Shown here: piece by piece, positions 39,333 to 47,270 of the stretch | Layout of the letters: each line of letters starts with the position of its first letter | Position numbering within the stretch: the first letter of the stretch is position 1 | NCBI GenBank assembly: GCA_030695905.1 | Contig: JAUYOL010000043.1 | Coordinates: 128,998-192,997, forward strand | From: Candidatus Omnitrophota bacterium | Lineage (GTDB): Bacteria; Omnitrophota; Gorgyraeia; 2-01-FULL-45-10 | Length of the DNA: 64,000 nucleotides | Reading direction: 5' to 3' | Position numbers and translations under genes: made by a program | Notes under the pieces: model-generated | Seen by the model: only the letters and a program-made list of their open reading frames with translations | What the model was told of the DNA's origin: nothing | Databases searched by the model: none

Positions 39333-40439
39333 TCATACCACTTCCTTTATCCAGCCGCCACCGACAACTATCTCCTTGTCGTAGAAGACTACCGCCTGTC
39401 CGGGGGTAGGCGCTTCTTGAGGAGATTCAAAATCGACTCTAACCATATCTGTATCTACCGGAGTAACCAGCGCGTTTGCGGCCTTATGATTGTACCTTAT
39501 CTTAGCCTTGACCTTAATCGGTTTATCGATGCCATCTATAGCTATCCAGTTAAGGCTATGCGCTACCAGGCTCTTCTTTAACACATCTTTCTTGGTTCCC
39601 ACGATAACTTTATTATCGAGCCTGTCTATAGCAACAACGTATAGCGGCTCCTTATACGCTACGCCAAGCCCGCGGCGCTGGCCTATCGTATAAAATGGTA
39701 TACCCTTATGCCTGCCAAGCACTTTACCGGACAGATCAACGATGCTGCCCTCTTTGATCTCAACGCCGGTCTTCTTCTTTATATACTCCGCGTAATTTTG
39801 GTCCTGGATAAAACATATATCCTGGCTCGAAGCGGTATTAAAAGTTATCAATTTAAATTTTTTAGCGAGAATTCTCGTCTTCTCTTTCGTGTAACCGGCA
39901 AGCGGAAATATTGTATATTTAAGCTGGTTCTGTGACAGGCTGAACAAAAAATATGTCTGGTCTCTCTCGCCGCCTTTGCCTACTTTCAAAATAAATCTAC
40001 CTCTCTTTTTATTGTAATCCAGCCTGGCGTAATGTCCCGTAGCCACCAAATCAGCGTCCAGCGCAAGCGCCTTTTCATGCAAAAGCCCGAATTTTATCTT
40101 TTCATTGCATACAACACAAGGATTGGGAGTAAAACCTTTTAAATACTGGTCACAGAAATAATCTATCACCTTCTTCTTGAATTCTTCGCTAAAATCAAAT
40201 ACATAATAAGGTATGCCCAGATCTCCGGCAACAGCACGCGCTCTTGTAACAGCTTCGAGATTACAGCATGAGCGCCCTACGCTGGCGCCGCATTCTTCCT
40301 TTGGCCACATCCTGAAGGTTATGCCTATGACCTGATAACCTTCTTTCTTTAAAAGCGCCGCGGCAAGCGATGAGTCAACACCGCCGCTCATCGCGACAGC
40401 TATTCTCTTTCTTTCTTTTTTGAGTTTTTTTTGGTTCAC
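39333..40439 (-). CDS. mnmA: tRNA 2-thiouridine synthase
   Basis: AMSGGVDSS, TPNPCVVCN, ATGHYA, DQTYFL, SQDICF, YTIGQRRG, TPGQ. Confidence 0.97.
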   Translation of the reverse strand: MNQKKLKKERKRIAVAMSGGVDSSLAAALLKKEGYQVIGITFRMWPKEECGASVGRSCCNLEAVTRARAVAGDLGIPYYVFDFSEEFKKKVIDYFCDQYLKGFTPNPCVVCNEKIKFGLLHEKALALDADLVATGHYARLDYNKKRGRFILKVGKGGERDQTYFLFSLSQNQLKYTIFPLAGYTKEKTRILAKKFKLITFNTASSQDICFIQDQNYAEYIKKKTGVEIKEGSIVDLSGKVLGRHKGIPFYTIGQRRGLGVAYKEPLYVVAIDRLDNKVIVGTKKDVLKKSLVAHSLNWIAIDGIDKPIKVKAKIRYNHKAANALVTPVDTDMVRVDFESPQEAPTPGQAVVFYDKEIVVGGGWIKEVV

Positions 40440-41530
40440 TTTATATGCTCGAGGACATTATCGATATCAACATGTTTTTCTACCATGTCGATTATTATCT
40501 TTATTTTATGAGAATCCTGTGGCTTTAATTTAACTATCATATTATTAACTCTCGAGGCTATAGTGTATGTCTCCTCGTCTGTAACCAGTGTGGGTATGAG
40601 TGCCTGTTCAAGTAAATTTAGCGCTCTTTTCTTAGGCAATAGGCCGCCGCTTAAAATAACGCCCGATATAGAGCACCCTTTCTTAAGCTTGCCCCAATGC
40701 ACATCGCATGTGGCCGCGACCATATCGTCCCTGTCGCCGGGTATTATCATTAGGGAATTATTCTGAATATACGGCAAGGCGTCACGGACATGCATGGCGC
40801 CGATGAGGATCTTTTCCGCCGGAGCATCTAAATTATGCCCTTCATACAAAGGCTTAAGTTTAAGCTCTTCCATTATCTCCCGCATCGTCGGTATATCTAA
40901 TATAATATGATGAGGTAATACACCGCACACATTAAGGCCCTTTTGCACCATACCTTTCGTAACAAGGCGCGATATCCTGTCATATTTTTCCATCAGGACC
41001 TTATTGACTATAACGCCGGCAAGTTTAACTTTTTCCTTGTCGAGCAGGGCCTTATTAAGCATTATCTCGTCTATCGGTTTTCCTACACCTCCGGATGAAA
41101 TCATTATCACATTAGCGTTGAGCAGATGAGCTACCGTAGCGTTTGAAAGTCCGAAGACAGACCCGACTCCGGCGTGGCCCGTTCCCTCTATTATCACAAG
41201 GTCGTTATCTTTCGCTACCCTGTCATAAGACTCTTTAATGAGTTTGGCATAGTCCTCGGCCGCGCCTTTCTCTATATAGCGCTCGGTAAATCCGCGCTCT
41301 ATTGCCACGGGAGACATGTCCTTTATGCTACATTTTATTCCGAAGATATGCTCTATGAGGACCGAGTCTTCATCTACCTGATAACCCTGTTCCATAAGGT
41401 AGCGCTGGCCTATTGGCTTGATAAAACCTATGCGAGGGAATTCCTTCTTGAGGGCCGCTATGAGGCCCAAGGATACGGTCGTCTTGCCGTCATTCTGCTG
41501 CGTCGCCGCTACAAATATCTTCTTCGCCAT
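40436..41530 (-). CDS. BioD-like P-loop + DRTGG protein (Pta N-terminal domains only)
   Basis: QNDGKTT, FIKPIG, IEGTGHAGVG, PGDRDD...LSGG. Confidence 0.8.
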   Translation of the reverse strand: MAKKIFVAATQQNDGKTTVSLGLIAALKKEFPRIGFIKPIGQRYLMEQGYQVDEDSVLIEHIFGIKCSIKDMSPVAIERGFTERYIEKGAAEDYAKLIKESYDRVAKDNDLVIIEGTGHAGVGSVFGLSNATVAHLLNANVIMISSGGVGKPIDEIMLNKALLDKEKVKLAGVIVNKVLMEKYDRISRLVTKGMVQKGLNVCGVLPHHIILDIPTMREIMEELKLKPLYEGHNLDAPAEKILIGAMHVRDALPYIQNNSLMIIPGDRDDMVAATCDVHWGKLKKGCSISGVILSGGLLPKKRALNLLEQALIPTLVTDEETYTIASRVNNMIVKLKPQDSHKIKIIIDMVEKHVDIDNVLEHIK

Positions 41531-41733
41531 AAAATTTACCCACCATGCTGGCCGTAAGGCCAGGGGGCCTCGCCTAATTTTGCTATCAAGCTACTTAATG
41601 TTATCTTAATTATATATTTCAAATTGTATCTTATGGCTTAGCCTATAAATACGTTGGGGAATAATAAACCGTTAGCAAAATTTACGGCTCAACCCCCATG
41701 GCCTCACGGCCTACAACATGATATAAATTTTAT
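41529..41733. repeat. Element with ~57-61-bp imperfect terminal inverted repeats and AT-rich core
   Basis: 41529-41585 matches the reverse complement of 41673-41733 (ATAAAATTTA..CATG..GGCCGTRAGGCCA..GGGGG..GCC..AATTTTGCTA). Confidence 0.7.
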
Positions 41734-41746
41734 AGCTCATGTTGCA

Positions 41747-41922
41747 GGCGGGCCTCGCTGGCCCAGCCTGACGCTGCTGTCAAAAATTATGACACCTTAT
41801 AGCGATTTAGCAAAAAATTTAAATTCCTGAAAGAAGTTAAATTTTTGTCAGAATTTTTCCAGAATAAATTGGTATGCTTAATACCAATTTATGTCAGCGG
41901 AAGGCGGTCAGCGAGGCCCGCC
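41747..41922. repeat. Second inverted-repeat element with internal perfect hairpin
   Basis: GGCGGGCCTCGCTG (41747-41760) / CAGCGAGGCCCGCC (41909-41922); 12-bp perfect stem at 41864-41892. Confidence 0.7.
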
Positions 41923-41940
41923 GTCCTCTGAAAAAAAGCT

Positions 41941-42201
41941 TTACTCCCCGAACCTACGATACCATAGCACTACTGCTGTAACCGCTGTGAAGAGGATCAG
42001 ATTGACGATGTTAAACGCGCGCCAGACGATATCGGGAGAGTGTAACGCCTCGGGCGCCATCAAAACAAAGCATGTCCACACTCCGACCGCCCACGGGATA
42101 CTAAGATCTTTTGAAGACCTTCTTTTTATGACTCTCACTATCAGGGGAATATTCCACAGGGGTAATACTATAGCCGCTATCAGCGCGATAGTCTTTGTCA
42201 T
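41941..42201 (-). CDS. PQ-loop / SemiSWEET-like 3-TM protein
   Basis: 86 aa, three hydrophobic helices, IPLIVRVIKRRSSKDLS. Confidence 0.75.
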   Translation of the reverse strand: MTKTIALIAAIVLPLWNIPLIVRVIKRRSSKDLSIPWAVGVWTCFVLMAPEALHSPDIVWRAFNIVNLILFTAVTAVVLWYRRFGE

Positions 42202-42202
42202 T

Positions 42203-43000
42203 TTATATCAGCCTCCCTTCGCGGAACGCTTTTATGTATTCGGCGCAGTATTCATCCTCACAAAGTAATGCCTTTGAAACAACTATGGAAGACATGATAT
42301 ATTTTTCCGTAGGGTCAAGTATGGCCGCGTCCAATCCCGCCTGCATAGCCATGGATAAAAATACTGAATTGATCAATTTTCTGTTCGGCAGTCCGAACGA
42401 TACGTTCGACAATCCGCATACGGTTTTCGCTCCGAGAGATTTTATCATCGGTATCGACCTCAAGAATTCTTTCACTTGTTCAGGCTCTGTCGATATGGGG
42501 CGGATCAACGGATCGAAATAAATATTTTCCGGCTTAAAACCTTTTGCGCAGACCTTCACCAGCATATCTTTGGCAATATTAAACCTGTCCTCTGCGCTAT
42601 GTGGCATACCCTCTCCGCCCATAGTAAGGGCTATGAGCTTCGTATTATATTTAACCGCCAGCGGAACTATATGCTCCATCCTTGAGTCCTCGCCTGTAAT
42701 TGAATTAATAAATGTTTCGCCGCCTGCTTTATATATTTTGAGAGCGCTTTCAATGGCGATGTGGCTGGGACTATCGATACAGATATTGACATCTTTTATT
42801 TCGCTCTGGATTACGCTTATCATCCAATCGATATCCTGGATCTCGTCTCCGAGGCTCATCGCGCAATTGATATCCAAAAATTTTGCGCCTGCTTCGATCT
42901 GCTTCTTCGCTTCTTTTAATATGAAAGCTGCATCCTTATTCTTCATCGCTTCCTGAATATGCGCTCTCGTAGAATTTATACGCTCACCGATTATCAACAT
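42203..43000 (-). CDS. Methyl-THF:corrinoid protein methyltransferase, second copy (pterin-binding family)
   Basis: IIGERIN, CIDS, INSITGE, FDPL, GLSNVSFGLPNRKLIN, DEYC. Confidence 0.88.
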   Translation of the reverse strand: MLIIGERINSTRAHIQEAMKNKDAAFILKEAKKQIEAGAKFLDINCAMSLGDEIQDIDWMISVIQSEIKDVNICIDSPSHIAIESALKIYKAGGETFINSITGEDSRMEHIVPLAVKYNTKLIALTMGGEGMPHSAEDRFNIAKDMLVKVCAKGFKPENIYFDPLIRPISTEPEQVKEFLRSIPMIKSLGAKTVCGLSNVSFGLPNRKLINSVFLSMAMQAGLDAAILDPTEKYIMSSIVVSKALLCEDEYCAEYIKAFREGRLI

Positions 43001-43014
43001 TCTATTACTACCTC

Positions 43015-43941
43015 CTAAACTATACCGTAAGCCGCTTCTATCGTTTTAATAAGCGCGGTCAACACTTCATTAACAGGCGTCGGTATGCCTAATGCCTTCC
43101 CCTGCCGCATGATCGCGCCATTTATAAAATCTATTTCGGTGCGTTTATTATTAAGGACATCCTGCAGCATGCTTGAGACATTAGCGGCCGTCGCCTTGCA
43201 TACCGATTCGACCTTCTGGATAGGATCGTCGTAGGCCAGCTTTATCCTTTTTCTTTTTACTATCTTCACGGCTTCCTGCACGGCGCTTCTTAGAATTTCC
43301 CTTGTACCGCTGTGCTCTGTAAGCATCCCATTTTTTAGACGTGTTATGCCTGTCAGGGCATTTATTCCCACATTTATAACGAGCTTACTCCACACCACAG
43401 AATCTATGTCCTTAGATACTTTTGTCTCCAGGCCGGCTTTTGACAAGATACCCGCGATCTCTTTAATCGGCCCCAATACCTTACCGTTAGAAATCCCTAT
43501 AATGGTATCGCCCTTACCCGCATGCCGGACATGGCCGGTGCCAAGTAAAGTCACACCGTGATTTGTAATACCGGCAATAACTCTATCCGAACCAAAATAA
43601 TCGTTTAACACCTGGACATTACCAATGCCGTTTTGTAAAGTCAGGACAAATGTTTCTTTCGAGACAAGATCCTTAATGTCTTTGCACGCGTCCTCGGTAG
43701 AATAACTCTTAACGCAGAGTATAACGAGGCCGCACGGTCCGACCTCTTTAGGATCCGCCGAAATATTTACCTGCGCCTGAATGGAACCGCTCAAGCCTTC
43801 TATCTTTATCCCATCGGCTCTTATGCGCTTGGCGCGCTCGGGAGATCTGTCAATAAGCCATATCTCCTCCTTGGTCCTTGCCTTCAATAATACGGCTATA
43901 AGACAGCCGAGGGCTCCGGGGCCTACGACCGCTACCTTCAT
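43015..43941 (-). CDS. panE: 2-dehydropantoate 2-reductase
   Basis: GPGALG, VKSY, LQNGIG, WSKLVIN, SSMLQD, TEIDFING. Confidence 0.95.
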   Translation of the reverse strand: MKVAVVGPGALGCLIAVLLKARTKEEIWLIDRSPERAKRIRADGIKIEGLSGSIQAQVNISADPKEVGPCGLVILCVKSYSTEDACKDIKDLVSKETFVLTLQNGIGNVQVLNDYFGSDRVIAGITNHGVTLLGTGHVRHAGKGDTIIGISNGKVLGPIKEIAGILSKAGLETKVSKDIDSVVWSKLVINVGINALTGITRLKNGMLTEHSGTREILRSAVQEAVKIVKRKRIKLAYDDPIQKVESVCKATAANVSSMLQDVLNNKRTEIDFINGAIMRQGKALGIPTPVNEVLTALIKTIEAAYGIV

Positions 43942-44783
43942 TATTTCTTCCTCATCTTTCTTATCTCTTCGTCTTTTATCGTAAAACAGTGCGCGGCATC
44001 CGGAAACAGCCCTTTCTCGACCTCGTCTTTATATTTCTTTACGCCGTCCGTTATAAGCGAGGAGAGCTTCACATATTGCTTTACAAATTTTGGGACAAAT
44101 CTGTCGAATAGCCCGACCATATCATAAGTTACAAGCACCTGGCCGTCACAATGCGGGCCGGCACCGCAACTTATCGTCGGTATCGACACTTTGCTTGTAA
44201 TCAATTTAGCTACTTTATCGGGGATGCATTCGAGTACTACGCCGAAGCATCCGGCACGTTCCAATTTTATCGCCTGCTCCAATATTTTATACGCGCCGTC
44301 AGCGTCTTTACCCTGAACTTTAAAACCGCCCAACTTCGACGCGGTCTGAGGGGTAAGCCCAAGATGGCCCAATACGGGAATGCCAGCGCTGACTATCGCC
44401 ATCGTTACATCCAGCGCGTCATTTCCGCCTTCGAGCTTCACGGCGTCGCAACCGGCCTCCTTCATGAAACGGCCCGCGTTGCGCACCGCTTCTTCATTCG
44501 AGATCTGGTACGACATAAACGGCATATCGCCTATTAAAAACGCGTATTTCGTGCCGCGCCTCACCGCTTTCGCGTGATGTATCATCTCATCCATGGTTAC
44601 AGGCACAGTTGATTCGTATCCGAGCACCACCATGCCCAACGAATCGCCGACCAGTATTGAATCTATGCCCGCGTCATCAATTATCCTCGCCATAGGATAG
44701 TCATATGCCGTAAGCATAGTAATCTTTTTCCCTTCGTGCTTCTTATTCTGCAGATCTATTATCGTTACCTTTTTCCTATCCAT
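43941..44783 (-). CDS. panB: 3-methyl-2-oxobutanoate hydroxymethyltransferase
   Basis: MLTAYD, LVGDSLG, DMPFMSY, VKLEGG, GHLGLTPQ; start moved to MDRKKV. Confidence 0.97.
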   Translation of the reverse strand: MDRKKVTIIDLQNKKHEGKKITMLTAYDYPMARIIDDAGIDSILVGDSLGMVVLGYESTVPVTMDEMIHHAKAVRRGTKYAFLIGDMPFMSYQISNEEAVRNAGRFMKEAGCDAVKLEGGNDALDVTMAIVSAGIPVLGHLGLTPQTASKLGGFKVQGKDADGAYKILEQAIKLERAGCFGVVLECIPDKVAKLITSKVSIPTISCGAGPHCDGQVLVTYDMVGLFDRFVPKFVKQYVKLSSLITDGVKKYKDEVEKGLFPDAAHCFTIKDEEIRKMRKK

Positions 44784-44793
44784 ATTCTCTCCT

Positions 44794-45582
44794 TTATTTC
44801 TTCCTATACGCATCCAAGAACGAGTCGCAGTAAATATTTTTATTCAATACAAGTTCCGCTGTGATCACGGCGTCCATAAGATCCTTGTCGAGCGGATCCA
44901 ATATCGCCGAAGTCAGGCCATTCGCTATAGCCATCGTGACAAATGTCCGGTTTATCAGGGGCCTGAATTTTGTGCCTTGTGACACGTTAGATAAGCCCAC
45001 TGTCGTCTGCGGCGCGGGATCGCATAGCATCCTGAATTCACGAAGCGACTCGAGAACCTCCCTGCCTTGAGTCTGCGCGACATTTACCGGCAGTACTATG
45101 GGGTCGATATATAGATCCTCGGTATTGATGCCATATTCTATGGCCTTCGCCACTATCGTCGCAGCTAACTCCAGCCTCTTGTCCTTTGAATTCGGCACTC
45201 CGGACTTATCCATGGCAAGCCCTATCACCTGCGCATTATACCTCTTTGCAAGGTCAAAGATCTTCGCCATCTTATCTTCATCCGCGCTTGTAGAATTTAT
45301 AATGGCTCTCTTCTTTACCAGCTTCAAGCCCTCTTCTATAACATCCGCTTTCGTCGAGTCAAGCGCGAGCGACACATCGGTAACAGCCTGGATGGATTCG
45401 ACCAGCCACTTCATATCATCTTTAGGATTTTTTGAATAAGGCCCTGCATTGACATCTAAAACGGACGCGCCCGAATTGACCTGGTCGACAGCCAGATGCT
45501 GTATTATATCCGCCTCCTTATTTACGATAGCCTTGCCGACATCCTTATACATTCCATTTATCAACTCGCCTATTATTATCAC
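44794..45582 (-). CDS. acsE: Methyl-THF:CFeSP methyltransferase AcsE
   Basis: IGELINGM, LDST, DPIVLPVNVAQ, DPAPQTTVGLSNVSQ, RPLINRTF, YCDSF, resembling Moorella MeTr. Confidence 0.93.
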   Translation of the reverse strand: MIIIGELINGMYKDVGKAIVNKEADIIQHLAVDQVNSGASVLDVNAGPYSKNPKDDMKWLVESIQAVTDVSLALDSTKADVIEEGLKLVKKRAIINSTSADEDKMAKIFDLAKRYNAQVIGLAMDKSGVPNSKDKRLELAATIVAKAIEYGINTEDLYIDPIVLPVNVAQTQGREVLESLREFRMLCDPAPQTTVGLSNVSQGTKFRPLINRTFVTMAIANGLTSAILDPLDKDLMDAVITAELVLNKNIYCDSFLDAYRKK

Positions 45583-45595
45583 TTTTTCTTCCCCC

Positions 45596-46516
45596 TTATC
45601 TCTTCATCATGGTTTCAACATATCCGGTAATTTCTCTGGAGCTATCGGGATGCCTGACTACTAAAATGTCGGCTCCTGCCTGCAGCATCGATATCGACGT
45701 TGCTATCTCCCAATTTACGCCCTGCACCATCGAATCCTTCGCTTCCTTGACCTTCCAAACCTCCTGACCCGCAAATAAGATAAACGGCATCGAGAGCATC
45801 TTGTCGCCTATAAACGCGGCGAGCCGGGCCCGCTCCATTATCGAATAAACGTATTCCATGCCATAACCTAAAGATGTAGTAGTTGGATGCATCACTATCT
45901 TTTTAGGGTCGAAGCCCATATCGCTTACCAGTATATTTACCTGCTTCGCGATATTAATATCTATTGGCGATTCCGCTATAAGAGAGTGTCCGTCGGCAAG
46001 ACAGGTCGCGGTAAGCGTCTTGTAATTTTCCTGGCTGGCGACTCCGAAAAGGCTGTTCGTCCCTTTAAGCGCATTACTCGCTTTAGGCAGAAGGTCATTA
46101 TCTTTATCATCGTCCCCAGACCCCACTACTATTAACGGCACTTTTACCTCTTTGGCGATCTGTTTTAAAATAGAGACCGAATGATCCGAGCTTTTATTGC
46201 CCCAATCAGGGTGAACACTCTGCAGCCTCACACACAATAACTTCGCACCGAACTTTTCCACCGCGGTCTTCGCCCATCTTACAGGGTCTTTTATATCCGC
46301 GCCGAAAGCGTCTTTAAGAGGCTGCGGCCATTCCACCGGTTCGCAATCCATCACTTCGATAGCCGTTATGGGCGCGTTGGGCATCTGGCCTTCTTCAAAT
46401 AAGAAAGGAAGCATCGTCTCACCGCCGATTTTTACCGTCGAACCGGATTGCGGGCCACCTATCTCAACAATATTTATCGCGTTATTATACTTTTCTTTTA
46501 CTAATTCCACGGCCAT
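45596..46516 (-). CDS. acsD: Corrinoid iron-sulfur protein small subunit
   Basis: IGGETMLPF, ESPIDINIAKQVN, LGYGMEY, MERARLAA, AGADILVVRHP. Confidence 0.95.
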   Translation of the reverse strand: MAVELVKEKYNNAINIVEIGGPQSGSTVKIGGETMLPFLFEEGQMPNAPITAIEVMDCEPVEWPQPLKDAFGADIKDPVRWAKTAVEKFGAKLLCVRLQSVHPDWGNKSSDHSVSILKQIAKEVKVPLIVVGSGDDDKDNDLLPKASNALKGTNSLFGVASQENYKTLTATCLADGHSLIAESPIDINIAKQVNILVSDMGFDPKKIVMHPTTTSLGYGMEYVYSIMERARLAAFIGDKMLSMPFILFAGQEVWKVKEAKDSMVQGVNWEIATSISMLQAGADILVVRHPDSSREITGYVETMMKR

Positions 46517-46517
46517 C

Positions 46518-47270
46518 TTATTTCTCCATTAATTTTGTGAATATCTCTTTTATCCTGTCCTTAATATCGGCATCTTCAAATTCAAATATCGGCTTATTCG
46601 ATATGCTCCACTTGTCGACATTCTCGTCAAAAGGTATCGTTCCGATAAAATTCGCGCCGACAGCGCGTATTTCGGCCTGAAGCGGCTCCAAAAATCCGGT
46701 TACCTTATTTATTATAAACGCGCTCGACCCCATCCTTATGCCAAGGTCTTTTGCAAGTTCGAATATCCTTTTTGCCGAGCGTATCCCTACTATGGAATAG
46801 TCGCTGACGAGCAAAAGCCTGTCGATAACTCGCATGGTGCGGCGCGATATATGCTCCATGCCGGCCGCATTATCGATAACTACAAAATCATAATTTTTTA
46901 TCACACGCGCCATCATGTCGCGCAAAAGGTTATTAACATAGCAGTAACATCCCGGGCCTTCAGGCCTACCCATGACCAATAGGTCAAACCCCTCTTCTTC
47001 GACTAAAGCTTCCTGCACTCTCATTTCTATAAAACGCTCTTTCGTCATACCGCCGGGAATGTTGCCCATCTGCTTAGAAACTTCATCACAAATTCCGGCT
47101 ATAGTCTGGTGGCCCGCGATACCTAAAGCTTCCGGTAAAGTTGAATTAGGATCGGCGTCGATAGCCAGTATCAAGCCTTTTTTATTGGATACGAGAAAAT
47201 CCACCAAGAGCGCCGCTACGGTGGTCTTACCAGTGCCGCCTTTTCCATTAACAGCTATAACTGTACCGAT
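46518..47270 (-). CDS. cooC: CooC/AcsF nickel-insertion ATPase (probable non-canonical ATC start)
   Basis: Frame extends above the track ORF to include IAVNGKGGTGKTT; DADPNS, GCYC, DNAAGMEH; SD GGAGGT 4 nt before ATC at 47270. Confidence 0.88.
   Translation of the reverse strand: MGTVIAVNGKGGTGKTTVAALLVDFLVSNKKGLILAIDADPNSTLPEALGIAGHQTIAGICDEVSKQMGNIPGGMTKERFIEMRVQEALVEEEGFDLLVMGRPEGPGCYCYVNNLLRDMMARVIKNYDFVVIDNAAGMEHISRRTMRVIDRLLLVSDYSIVGIRSAKRIFELAKDLGIRMGSSAFIINKVTGFLEPLQAEIRAVGANFIGTIPFDENVDKWSISNKPIFEFEDADIKDRIKEIFTKLMEK

Noticed and set aside
41529-41935. CRISPR array or known riboswitch
   Set aside because: Repeats are inverted, divergent and unevenly spaced; no cas genes; no riboswitch consensus recognised.
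41891-42268. 125-aa plus-strand ORF
   Set aside because: Starts in a repeat arm and is antisense to the SemiSWEET-like gene.
46518-47207. cooC as a 5'-truncated pseudogene
   Set aside because: The P-loop is intact in frame upstream with a strong SD, better explained by a non-canonical start.
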